A DNA stretch of 64,000 bases from Octopus bimaculoides (Eukaryota): positions 18,875,304-18,939,303 of the forward strand of contig NC_068990.1 of assembly GCF_001194135.2 (NCBI RefSeq). Reading direction: 5' to 3'. Under the pieces are notes generated by a model. The model was not told where the DNA came from and ran no database searches. It saw only the letters and a list, made by a program, of their open reading frames with translations. Within the stretch, counting starts at the first letter, position 1. Each line of letters starts with the position of its first letter. Made by a program: the position numbers and the translations under genes. Of this stretch, positions 51,201 through 63,988 are shown piece by piece.

Positions 51201-51338
51201 ATACACGCACACACACACACACACNNNNNNNNNNNNNNNNNNNNNNNNNNNNNNNNNNNNNNNNNNNNNNNNNNNNNNNNNNNNNNNNNNNNNNNNNNNN
51301 NNNNNNNNNNNNNNNNNNNNNNNNNNNNNNNNNNNNNN

Positions 51339-51369
<31 letters not shown>

Positions 51370-51567
51370 GATATGTATATATACACACGTGAGTAAACAA
51401 AGGTAAGAAAATAGCACTCAAAATGTACATAATTTCTTGGAGTTTCATGTATTTTACAACAGTCTGCCTCAGATCCATACCCACCAAGCGGACAAGTAGG
51501 ACATGCCTACTTCATGAAATACTCGGAGTAAGGAAGCGCTCTGTCAAGCTTTTTATTATATAGTGAA

Positions 51568-51621
<54 letters not shown>
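51568..51621. repeat. (ATCT)n microsatellite
   Basis: Direct reading. Confidence 0.95.
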
Positions 51622-54089
51622 GTATTTCTCTTCCTCTCTATATATGTGGTTGTGTTTGAGTGTGTTTGTGTCTGTGTGCCTTTGAGTGTGCACTATAAAG
51701 TATGACTAATTTCAGAAAACTCTTCTAATATAAGCATTTGAAGAACTTCTGTATAAAATAATCGGCTTTGTTTTGCTTATTTACTAAAAGTAAAAAGTGT
51801 ATTATCAGAATCTTCCAAGGAGGAAAATGTAAAGCGATTGAGAAAATACTGAACTGTTTTCTAATATATTTGTTAGTTGTTTAATCATTCTTCAAAATAT
51901 ATAGCTGTTTCATTAGCAGATAATTAAATTAACAAAACATCGCGTCTAATTATATTTTCTAAAACTTATGATGTAATATTTTACAAGCTACGTTTATGCA
52001 ATTTATAATATGATCGCATTAATCTATTCGCTGTCAAAATTTTTCCTTCTGTTTTCACGCTCTCTTTTACTTTGAAACAATAAATAATTGGATAAATAGA
52101 AAATTCAATTTTAGTCGTCAGCAACAGCGTCAATTTTCTTTCGATGATAGAAAATGCCAGTAACTAAACAGAGTTGACAAATTAGTATATTTCTAACTAG
52201 AAGTTATTATTTTATAATGACAGTGAATGAAATTACTTCAGAAATTAACATATACTGGAAAAATGAGGCAAAAAAAAGATAAATAGAAATAAACGAATAA
52301 CATTTTGATAGACTTTTATTGAAATTGTCAAAAATTGTTCCAATGTATTTTCTTAAAGGTTCTAGAGAAAATAAGATCAGAAAGAAAAATATATGAAAAT
52401 ATTTGAAAGTACTTATGATGTGGTAGCAGATAAAATGTTCATGTTATAGTGGTTTGGCATTATATATATGTATAAACTAATGAGCGCATAAATGAGTAAC
52501 TAGCATTTTATGTTTAATGTAATGAGCACGTGCTTCAGTAAGCTGACTGCTGTTGTTATGTAAGCCGCTTAGTCCTACTATACATAATTAGTTGACATGC
52601 TTCATCAGTACTATATTGGTTACGTTTCCTGAGTTCATTAGTTTCAAGAGGTTGGATTTATGATGGTTGTTCTGTAACTTCGTTGATCATGGCAGTGGAA
52701 TGTAGAACATTGAGTAAATTATCGCATTTTCCGGGTCATACTTTGTAGCACACCCACACACCCACACACACTCAGACGCACGCAATTATACACATATACT
52801 TATGTATTTATCCGTTGTACACCTGTTCATCTGGTTCCCCTAGTTTATTTTAACCTTAGCTCTCTTAAAATAGCTACGATGATATTTATACACCGAAAAC
52901 TTTGGGTTTGAAAAACTAGAGGCCGATAAATTTAGTACTAGACTACATATATATTCACGTTAAAGTGTACCACCTCGAATGCTTTATTGTCTTATTTATT
53001 AACAATTAAAATTTAGATAATTGGGTTCCGCCAAACAAACGATAATATTTGATAAAAAAAATATCACTTCAAAATATTTCTTAGTTATTTGATCAAGATA
53101 TCTCTTTAGTTTGTATATTGACAAATGTGCCTTATTCATACAGATATTAGAGCAAAAAATTGACAGTCACATTTTATGTTATGATCGACTAAAACCCTTC
53201 AAGCTGTTGCCCTCGTATGGTGACAATGTTACGAGATTAACCATTTGCAGGATGACCTAATAAATAAAAAAAATAATATTTAAAAGAGGAATTTGTATCT
53301 TACATGAAAACGAATTCTTCAGAATATGTCATAACTGTGATTTGAAAGTGTTAACATCTTTTCATATTAACATTAGAAATCTACATTTTCTTGTGTGAGA
53401 CATGTCTTAATGATTGTATAGCAAGCCACATTCATCTGAGTAACTAATTCGCTGTATTTAGATATTCTTTTAAACAATATCTTCTATATAATATAAACGT
53501 GAAAAAATATAACTTTATAGTATTAGCCCGATTCTCTGAATCCGTATCTATCACAGAAAGCTCTTCTAACGGACTCCGCTAATAGTGCACATAGTAATCC
53601 AATACAGAGAACTGTAATTCAGAGTGCCAACGGAGCTGAATTCCAGATCTGATCGATGAAATTATTTCATGAAAAATATATAAACCATAAAAATAAGGAT
53701 AAATATAACTATATTTTGTATTATGTTTTTCTAGCAATATACACTTCACACCTTAAAACATTCTAAAATTAGGAATTCTAAATTGTACAAAAAATTCGCA
53801 AACAAAATCACATAATTTCATCAACGTCTCCACTCGATTCATAGGTATTCTACTGAAACCGATAAACTAAACAACGCAGTCAAGCAATATTGAAAATTAA
53901 GTTATACATCTCATACGTGATGTCATGCATGTTTCCAGCAGTCATGCGTTCTGGTGTCTTATTTGAACTACATATTCAATGTAGAGAAGACAATATTTAC
54001 TGAATAGAGGAAACGAGACACTTGGTAATGTAGAAATAGAAGAAAACAAAACAGTATCTTATTATATAAACACACACATATAAGTACAC

Positions 54090-54373
<284 letters not shown>

Positions 54374-55759
54374 TGTATATATTCATGTATATATGCATAC
54401 ACGCGCACACACTCAGACGCACGCAAACATGAACATATGCTTATATATATTTATATGCATATAATAATCTATACATGCACATACGGTGACATACACACAC
54501 ACACACACAAATACACAAACACATTTATACTTCCTTATTCATATATACATTCACACAAACATAATCACACATGCTCAGTCTCCCATATGTTTGTGATATG
54601 AAATTCTATTCGAAACCTTTACGATTTCCACAACAGTGGATCACAATAAATGTGCTGCACATTTTCTGTATGTCACCTTTCGTTTGGCAAGATAAGTCTC
54701 TCCTCTACGGATTTAGGCTTTCCGTTTCCGTTACGTTTATTTCAACTCTACTACCTATTCATCTTATATTGTAAAGACTAGATAATATTCACAAAATGAT
54801 CTGTAAATGGTAGAAGTCACATCGGACTAAGGATTTGGTAGGATCGTACAAGGGGCATCAGTTGTATCGGAATTAACCTCGTATCCATGAATTGATTTTT
54901 ATCATGCATCTGTAATATCAAAGTGTTTCTGTGAAGTGTATAGCTTCCGATTCTTCTTATGTTAAAACTATTTCTAGTTCAAAAAACATGTATTTTCATG
55001 ATAGTTGAAAATAGTTATTCACCATTTTATCGTAGAAAATCATGTAACAGCACCTTGTAGCAAACTTTAGAAAGAAGGTGTATTTCCTGTGAAGTAAAAC
55101 GTGTTGCTTTAAGTAATGTATGTACATATATCTATAAATTGGTATACATATATAATATGTGTGCGTGTAAACACACATACACATATATATCTGTATAAAG
55201 TGAGTGGTGTGTACACGTACAGACGCAAATGTACATTCATACCTGCATATATATACATATATATATANNNNNNNNNNNNNNNNNNNNNNNNNNNNNNNNN
55301 NNNNNNNNNNNNNNNNNNNNNNNNNNNNNNNNNNNNNNNNNNNNNNNNNNNNNNNNNNNNNNNNNNNNNNNNNNNNNNNNNNNNNNNNNNNNNNNNNNNN
55401 NNNNNNNNNNNNNNNNNNNNNNNNNNNNNNNNNNNNNNNNNNNNNNNNNNNNNNNNNNNNNNNNNNNNNNNNNNNNNNNNNNNNNNNNNNNNNNNNNNNN
55501 NNNNNNNNNNNNNNNNNNNNNNNNNNNNNNNNNNNNNNNNNNNNNNNNNNNNNNNNNNNNNNNNNNNNNNNNNNNNNNNNNNNNNNNNNNNNNNNNNNNN
55601 NNNNNNNNNNNNNNNNNNNNNNNNNNNNNNNNNNNNNNNNNNNNNNNNNNNNNNNNNNNNNNNNNNNNNNNNNNNNNNNNNNNNNNNNNNNNNNNNNNNN
55701 NNNNNNNNNNNNNNNNNNNNNNNNNNNNNNNNNNNNNNNNNNNNNNNNNNNNNNNNNNN

Positions 55760-56065
55760 TTCAGAGGACCTCAGCTCTTCAATGCCCTGCCACAACATTT
55801 GAGAGACATGCAAGACATGAATGCGGAGGTCTTCAAGACAACACTTGACGCTTTCCTCTCCACGATACCAGACGAACCAATGGCTCGTAATGAGACGCAG
55901 TTTAGGGCAGTTATGTCAAATTCTGTTATACACCAGATGTGCCATCAAAACTCTTGATTGGACCATGTCAGGTGGGGGAGAAGAGCCATGCAAGGAACGT
56001 GAAAATCACGGTGGTGCACCAGCATGACCGCAGCCACTTGGCTGAAACACAAATAAATAAATAAA
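55760..56065 (+). mobile_element. CR1-group LINE 3' end (ORF2 C-terminus, 3' UTR, (AAAT)n tail); 5' part lost in gap 55268-55759
   Basis: FRGPQLFNALPQHLRD...FKTTLDAFLSTIPDEP...* (stop ends 55957) is typical of invertebrate CR1-type ORF2 ends. The tail is GGTGGTGCACCAGCATGACCGCAGCCACTTGGCTGAAAC plus (AAAT)n. Confidence 0.85.
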
Positions 56066-58375
56066 TATATAAACAATTTATTTACATAAATATAAATTAT
56101 TAATCGAAACATGTGAAGGAGTGAATGAAAGAATGAAGTTGTACTTGCACATAGAATAAATTAGAATATATTAGAATTTAATTATATTTTATAGTATAGG
56201 AATATACTTGAGAGGTTTCACAATAGTTTTTCAAAAGTGTATAGCGTAAGGTGTTGTGTGACGAGTTCTATCTATTCTGGTCGTATTACAAAATATTGTT
56301 CATAAAGCAGGAATGTAGCTCAAAACGCTACCCGTTGACGTACAAAGTGATTGGACAACGTTGATGTATCACGCGCACGTTGCAACGGCACAAGACGATC
56401 ACCTTATTGAACATGTTATTTTAGCAAATTCTTCTTTATTTTAAAAATTAGTTGAGACAAAAGCAGAATGTTTTAATAGAAATATGGTAACTTAAGTGTT
56501 AACAAGAAATATTTTTAATGAGGCCATAAGTAATTATAAGGTTTGGATGGCGGTCCGTTCAACCACCAGTGTAATTCTTCACAGCACAGCGATGACCATT
56601 CTGCATTACTTAATCACATGAATCAAGTTGTGGCCTGCCAGGAAGCAACTTTTTGAGATATTTCCATACTTTTTGCAGATATCCAACCATAATAGCTTTG
56701 GGTGAGTAAACCTGGACAAATCTTTCGCCTGGGTCGATAGCGATATTCAGTAACAATGGCTCTTATGCATGATTTACTTGGTCGTTGGTAGTGACATTCA
56801 ACATAAACCCACAGCGACAAAACTCAACACAGTTTTCATTTCAATGTTTGATGTCTCTTTGTTGGGTTCCCCAAAATACCCACGTAATCATTTGACAATA
56901 ATCAAACTGTAGAGTAAGAAACATAAAGTGTAGAATAAGTAAGATAGATGATAGCTGCTAAATGAATTTTAGTTTTCTTAAGAACGAGCTCAAACAGATA
57001 CTCTTCAATAATTAAAGTGTGGAGTAAGATACATAGCTGTGTGTACTAAGCATGTATACTGAAGCAGATAATGAAAGCCATTTAAAATACATATATTTCG
57101 CTAACTGGATTCTTTTTATAAAGTGACAATACTTACATCTACAACGACAAAATTTAATTTCCATCTATGCCTTGGTCATTTATACTATTCCATTTCTTTT
57201 GAAATATACTTGATTTGTAAATAATGTTTACATAGGTATTTACAGATAAAGAAATTAGAGCAACATTAATTTTCTTCCGGTAGAGATAATATAAATTAGA
57301 ATAGGTGTTTTTCTTCCAAAAATAAAGCTTACCCATTTAAACTTAGTGGCGCTGTTTCGGTTTAATAAGAGGAGAATACATATTCCTCAGCCTTGACCTA
57401 GATGTGTTTGGCGTTAGAATAGTACGGTACACACACACAGATAGCGATGGTGATATCTAATACATACCTTTATAAAACGTAAATGCAATGTCCTGTAAAT
57501 GAAACAAAAACAAGTGAAATAACAAGGATCCTGGAACGTCTTCCTATCACGAAAAGGAGAAAGAAATCTCTCCTAGACGTGCTTGCATCCGAAAGGGAGA
57601 AATATTTGGATTTAGTTACTTTTTCTATTTGCAATTCAGTGCATGCTCTGACTAATGGAATACATTCATACTGTGTACATTTTGAGAACTATATATATAT
57701 CAAATGCTTCAAATATCATGTTAATAAAAAATACTATTGGTAACCTAAAGGTTGTGAGAACGTTAACATTACGTTATCGTTTTGATCAGTTGTTGGCTGA
57801 ATGCCAGAGAGAAGTAGTTAAAATTGTGGGTAACTTACCTTAGTTATATTAAATCTTTACTTGAGAACAACAACAACTGCTTATGAATTGTTTTTGTCGT
57901 AAGTTATTATGTTTCTGTGTTGAGTAGGATTGGCTTCTAAGGGTTAATTTCATGTCATTCTTGCAGTAACAAGATGCGCTCATGTCAAGAGATATCGGGA
58001 AAAGTTGGAAGTTATATTAACGCAGATGTTAATTGAAATCGACGGAACTAGAGAAAGGTTACACATCAAGGGCTGTGATCTTTCTCCTGTTCAGTAGATA
58101 TTTCAATTCATGTCTCAAAATATACATAAATTTTGGCTATTGTCTCTAATCCAATAAATAGATATAAACAGTTTGACCAGAAACTTGGCAAAGGGTCACT
58201 TGTAAGACGCAGTGAAAGCTGGCCTGGCAGTATTGAAAAACCTATACGAAAAATGAAATAGTCCAGCCTCCAACTAAGCGGGGAATGTGAGAAACTAATA
58301 CTTGGTTGTTGAATAATTACTCCAAGAGTATAATATATGTTTAGGGGTCACCTCATTATGATGCACTTGAAACGT

Positions 58376-59637
58376 TTTTACAACATTTACCAAATCATGC
58401 ACGAAATATGTTTAGAGACTCACGGACCGTGGATATATAAAGCATCAGTATATAAATAAACGCATTTTGAAGTCACATTCAAGTAGCTTTAGCATAATAG
58501 CTTTTCTTTGTAGAATCTAAATAGAAAAATCTCCACGGAAATTATCAATATTATCAAAATTTAGAGAGAATCGGTGAAGTATAAAATCCATTCCGTTTCA
58601 GTACACATGAAAACGTTAAAATATCACTTGGTGATTTTCAACCGGAATTAGCCGATAACGGCATTAGGTGGATGTGTTGCTAAACATTAAATAGTATATA
58701 GGATGCAATGAAAAATTCCTAGTGAAGTGTTTTCGCAATCACTTGTATAGTATCTAATAAAAATGGGTTATATTTACTCATATATCGATAAATATTCATT
58801 GATAGTTATTTACATCGCTAAAAATACTAACGGCTAAATGCACTTCCCTAGAACATTTTAATTTACAACGGACGGCATCGTCTGAATACCATATGAATGA
58901 AAGGGCTAACAAGAGAGCCCGAAAAAGATACAGAAGTTATAAATCACATAAACTAGATTTAATATTTAGAAATAGTAATCTGTTATATTTATGACGCAAA
59001 TTATTGTACAACTATATTGATATTCCTGCAGAAAGAATCTAAATGGAAATGTGTAAATGATGACAGAAAATCTATGAATAATCAACACGTTTATCTTGCA
59101 TTGAAAATATCTATTGTTAGCCTTTCGACAGACCGAAACAATTTTGATATCAACATGTTGTACTCAGGAAACTACACTTGATACACAATATAGTGTTTCT
59201 GTTGAACAGTAAAATGGCTGCAAAGAGTAAATGAATAAAAACAAATGTTTATTAATATGTCAGAATATTTCTAATCCCTGGGGAGTAATGACCGTTTCGA
59301 TGCTCTCTAAAATCGTAAAACCTATGAGTCGGTTGACCAGCTTCCTAATAATATTTCATATTATGTGTTTAATGATGGGATGCAGAAGGTTTACTAACTT
59401 ATGAATTTTACATTCAAGTGGATTCCATTAGTTGTTGCAAAGGGAGCAATTTTACAACATACCAATTCACGCACGAAATATATTTAGGAACGAAGGGGCA
59501 GCGCTTATATAAAAGATTCAATATATAAGTAAACACATTTTATGTTAGATTTAATTAGCTACTGCATATTGGACATTTCTTGTGGAATTTAAGTGGAGAG
59601 CGCTTAACTCGGTGAGTTATGAATTCCAATCCATTTG
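58376..59637 (+). repeat. Pair of old, diverged ~190-225-bp direct repeats (58376-58599 and 59450-59637)
   Basis: Collinear anchors: TTTTACAACAT, CACGAAATAT, TATATAA.TAAAC.CATTTT, TCGGTGA..TAT.AA.TCCA.TCC. Confidence 0.7.
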
Positions 59638-60129
59638 TGAAATCAATATTTAATAGTATTCCCAGAAAGTTCCTACAGCTGGATTCTGATTTCAAATCCA
59701 AAAGTTTTCAATTTAAACTCTAGAGTCCATCATATCATAGAATCATTATCTATTGTAAAAGTTCTTAATAGGATGCAATATCTTGCATCCAAAAATGTAA
59801 TCTGTATTTTGAGGTTTATTGATTTTATGGCATCTCTAAGCATTATAATATCTCCCGAGGAAAACTTCAGCAACTTAATTCGAAAACTTAGTAAAGTGTA
59901 TCTTATTTAATTAACGATAATATTGTTCGTGCAATGATGATTGTCACATAATCTGACTTTTAAGAAATTAAAATGTGAAATACTTTCTGAAAGGAACTCA
60001 TCTTTGTTTATTTCATAGAATGGTATAATATGCTATTGATTGAATGGCTTGTAGAGAACAGAGGTGACTACTTGGCTGAGGCCTTAGAGCAGGTCATATT
60101 GCTTTACAGTAATTGACCTGGCTCTCTGC

Positions 60130-60220
60130 AAACTTAGTTCAAATCCTATCCAGGCTGTCTTAATCGATTATCATTTCGAGGTCGGTAACTAAACTCTAAT
60201 TCCGTACTGGCGTCAATTCT
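60130..60220 (+). mobile_element. Highly diverged SINE family A fragment
   Basis: TTAGTTCAAATCC...TCATTTCGAGGTCGGTAA. Confidence 0.4.
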
Positions 60221-60239
60221 TCTCTTTTTTTAAAAACTC

Positions 60240-60375
60240 TTATTTCCGTCCGTCCATCCGGCTGTTTGTTTGTATGTCCATTTGTCTGTCCATTTGACTG
60301 TACACGTGCCTGTCCGTCCACCTGTCCGTCCATCTGACCGTCTATCGGTCCTCCGTTTGTCCGCCGTCCGTCCGT

Positions 60376-60420
<45 letters not shown>
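60240..60420. repeat. Degenerate (GTCC)n plus (CT)n microsatellite
   Basis: Direct reading. Confidence 0.85.
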
Positions 60421-61689
60421 CTTTTCTCTTTCTCCCGTCCTGAAAGAATACGATTAGAGGTGGAGAAGTATGAGCTTTGTCAGGTCTAAAGTGCACACAC
60501 GCTATTTGTCACAACGGTGGCCTTACAAATTCATAAAGGAGCTAAGAACCTAGTACGCAGCATGCCTATGNNNNNNNNNNNNNNNNNNNNNNNNNNNNNN
60601 NNNNNNNNNNNNNNNNNNNNNNNNNNNNNNNNNNNNNNNNNNNNNNNNNNNNNNNNATATATATATAATTTGTATGAATCACATCGTTTATCGAATGTTA
60701 TATGTTATGTTGTACTAAACCTCTATATCGATATCCTTCCTATATATATTATATTAAAACGGAATATTCTGCTAAGTGGACCAATGTCAAACTGAACTTT
60801 ACCTTGCATATTTCAAGGATATATGTTAATGGATACGAAATCTATTCATGCTCAATGATGGGGGTTGAATTATATATTCAAAGCATATAATTTCTTATGA
60901 AGTATTATTATTATTATTATTAATTTACCGGGCATCAAACTGTTATGAATTATTTCTAATGTACATAACTATATGAAATATAGATGATGCTATCAATCTG
61001 ATACAAGGAAGATATTTGGCCATATATTAGATAATTTACAACACCGCATTTTCAGCTCTGCAAAATATTACACACATATCAAGTAAATAGCAATTGAACC
61101 CGAAGAAAAATAGCCATTGATTATGATCTTTTTTTCTTTTTTTTTTTTTTTTTACAAAGTTTGTACAATATGACAACAGGGAAATGAAAATACAAGTCAA
61201 CAAAAGCAAATGTAAAATTGTCATGTTAAAATGACGGCAAGAAAAAACAGTATTTCTTAAACCAGTGAAACACTGAACTCGCCTATGATACAGAGAAAAA
61301 TGCCACTACTTGTGGAAATAACACTCTAAACTGAGCCAATTGTACTTTGATTACAGAGCAGGCTGGAAGATTTCCCCCTAAATGTTTCAAATTGTATGCA
61401 GTTGAGTAGAATACATTAAGTGTAACCGAACAATCCTTTTGTTGCGAAGGAGGTGCTATATGTATATATATATATATATNNNNNNNNNNNNNNNNNNNNN
61501 NNNNNNNNNNNNNNNNNNNNNNNTATATTGCACACATATATGTCTCTGTGTACCGCTATGAGATATTTGTAAATATTATACATATTTATTGCTAAGGAAG
61601 TGTGAAATACCAAACTAATCATATGATATTAACATATACAAAAAACGTTCTCAGAGATGGATAAAAGAAATACACTAATGTACCGGGTA

Positions 61690-61900
61690 CACAAAGACAG
61701 ATAGTGCTCAATAGACCAGATATATTTGTGAAGGAAAAAAGTGGTGCTTCCTAATTGTAGTATCAACAAAGCTAACGGCAAACATGTCTAGATGTAAATA
61801 TTTACAATAGAGATCATCGCGGTTTTGGAAATGAAAGCAGAAGCAATCCCTTGAAGTAATGGCAAATTCATAAGAGTGGCAAATTAAAGTAGTGGCAGAT
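61690..61900 (+). pseudogene. R4/Dong-clade REL endonuclease relic
   Basis: Across frameshifts: IVLNRPDIFVKEK..KWCFLI.VS...KYL...IEI..FWK.KAEAIP, paralleling NRPDIVVKD...CFLIDVSIP...KYKDLEIEV.RMW.LKT.TIP. Confidence 0.6.
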
Positions 61901-61925
61901 TCATAAACAATATTCCGTGGCTTCA

Positions 61926-61985
<60 letters not shown>
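61926..61985. repeat. (ATCT)n microsatellite
   Basis: Direct reading. Confidence 0.95.
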
Positions 61986-61986
<1 letters not shown>

Positions 61987-62919
61987 ATTAGCTAGCTAGC
62001 TGTCTGTCTCTCTCTACCTATATCTACACACATACATATATGGACACACGCATACATACGTGTACAGCATACAGTAGTAGGCATTTCGTTTGTATGAGAA
62101 CATTTTATATAACAGCATTTGAATCCGAAACAAAACACACGATTTATCAAGAAACACTTATGTCTCTTGAAAAATATTAGCGATGCTGTTCTGTTGCTAA
62201 CAACAAAAGTAGCTGCAGCAACAACTCCAGGAACAACACCAATAAGAACAATAATAACAGTAACAGAAATGTGATGATATTAAACTTGCATTACGTGTTT
62301 TACGTGGTAGACTACTTAGAATAAAGTTAAATCGGTTCTCTAAATGAAAACGTCGTTCCCAACATATGCTTAAATACGAAAGAGTATATAATGGATCGGA
62401 GCCGAAAGATGTACAATACTTGGTTGAAGAACATCAACAGTAAGAATGCTAAAACGACACGTTTGCAATAGAAGAGAAGAAAATTCGAAGCATGTATAAG
62501 AGCCCAAGAAGCAAACAAAATGATACAAAATACGAAATTTTTAATAAAGTCACAAAGTTCTACCGGCCAACCTCACTGTTGCGCAGAATATATTCGTGAA
62601 TATGTTGTATTATCTGATAAATATAATATGAAAATAAAAATGAAAAAACGACTTTTACTGCCGAAATGCGAAAGCCAAGTCTTCCTAGTCATAATCGTTA
62701 CGCGAGCTGTCTTTAACTGAAGAAAAATGAAACCAACCGTCTCGCGTGGGGGATTATGGCATAATAACATGCACCATGCATTCCCCAATGATAGCTTTAG
62801 GCAGCGTTACATACGCGAGCAAATACAGGCATCGTCTCAGCACATATACTTGACACACGTGCAGGTAGAGGGTTTCTCTTGAAGGTAGGTTGGAACAACT
62901 TGACATACGCTGCTTAATG

Positions 62920-63005
62920 ACAAGCAATGCTCATCTTGCTCAAGAATTTGAACCTACAAATTTACGGTCACGAGCCTGACATGCGAACAATTAGGTGATG
63001 CGCCT
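62920..63005 (-). mobile_element. Diverged SINE head
   Basis: Minus strand AGGCGCATCACCTAATTG...GGCTCGTGACCGTAAATTTGTAGGTTCAAATTCTTGAGCAAG. Confidence 0.55.
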
Positions 63006-63448
63006 TTGCGACACCAGTTCTACGCTAAAAGATAAACGAAGTAGCGGAGAAAGGTCATAAGCTTCTAGAAGAGAGATGTCACTGGTACTCTTATGAACCT
63101 GAAGTTCCATTCATATGCTGGTCAATGTAAACGGAGAACTTAAATTGTCCAGCAAATCCCTGGCGTCATATCAGCAGGATTACAACAGTTAAATATAAGC
63201 CAAATATTATTTCATTCTGGCGTAACAACAGATACACCAAACATATCTGATAGATTTTTACATATAGAAAAAAAGAAAGGTATTATGAAATATAACCGTC
63301 TCTATAAGAAAGTGTGTTTCAGGAGGAATCTTCTGTATGTCTTTTACGTTTTAAAATCTAATAATCTCATATTCAATTATCATATTACGTTAAATCCGGC
63401 TGCATATAGCACGACAGACACAGGTTAACAATCAATAAACTCCTACGT

Positions 63449-63534
63449 ATCTTTTATCTTTTACTTGTTTCAGTGACAGGACTGCAGGCATAGACTACCT
63501 TGAAGTTTTTGTCGTACTGATCGACTGTAGTATT

Positions 63535-63579
<45 letters not shown>

Positions 63580-63630
63580 GCGGTGCTCCATATTGGCCGC
63601 AAATCTTATGCTGAAACTAGAAAAAAAAAT
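63449..63630. mobile_element. Two family-D/LINE 3' tail fragments in opposite orientation around a (TA)n tract
   Basis: Minus: ATCTTTTACTTGTTTCAGT (about 63455-63476). Plus: GGCGGTGCTCCATATTGGCCGCAAATCTTATGCTGAAAC (about 63579-63617). Confidence 0.6.
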
Positions 63631-63652
63631 GAAAAATATATAGGTATATATA

Positions 63653-63815
63653 GGCGCAGGAGTGGCTGTGTGGTAAGAAGTTTGCTTTCCAACCACGTGG
63701 TTCAGGGTTCAGTCCCACTGCATGGCACTTTGAGCAAGTATCTTCTACTATAACCTCGAGCCGACCAAAACCTTCTGAGTGGATTGGTAGAATGATACTG
63801 ATAGAAGCCCGTTGT
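63653..63815 (+). mobile_element. CORE-like SINE family D head and core, well preserved
   Basis: GGCGCAGGAGTGGCTGTGTGGTAAGAAG (A-box), GGGTTCAGTCCC (B-box), GGCACTTTGAGCAAGTATCTTC (CORE-like), GAAGCCCGTTGTATATAT. Confidence 0.92.
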
Positions 63816-63943
63816 ATATATATATATATGTTGTTGTACTTGGGGATGGTCATATTGCCAGTTTAGCCAATAAAAACACACGCACTGTATATTTGGTGTT
63901 AATTTGCTTCAGCTTTATATTACATTAATCTTAATCTTATTTC

Positions 63944-63988
63944 GGCCAGAGTTCTTTCGTCACATTTCTTTGACCTCATCAGTGGTCC
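63944..63988 (-). ncRNA. Minimal type I hammerhead ribozyme candidate
   Basis: Minus strand GGACCA-CTGATGA-GGTCA-AAGAAATG-TGAC-GAAA-G-AA-CTC|TGGCC. It has the full catalytic core, helix II GTCA/TGAC, a 2-bp helix III, a CUC cleavage triplet and helix I GG(A)CCA/TGGCC. Confidence 0.7.

Noticed and set aside
57483-57743. ORF MQCPVNETKTSEITRILERLPITKRRKKSLLDVLASEREKYLDL
   Set aside because: Protein-like, but with no splice sites, no known motif and no supporting context.
60240-60380. (GGAC)n on the minus strand as a possible G-quadruplex
   Set aside because: Only GG doublets in a degenerate microsatellite, with no evidence of function.
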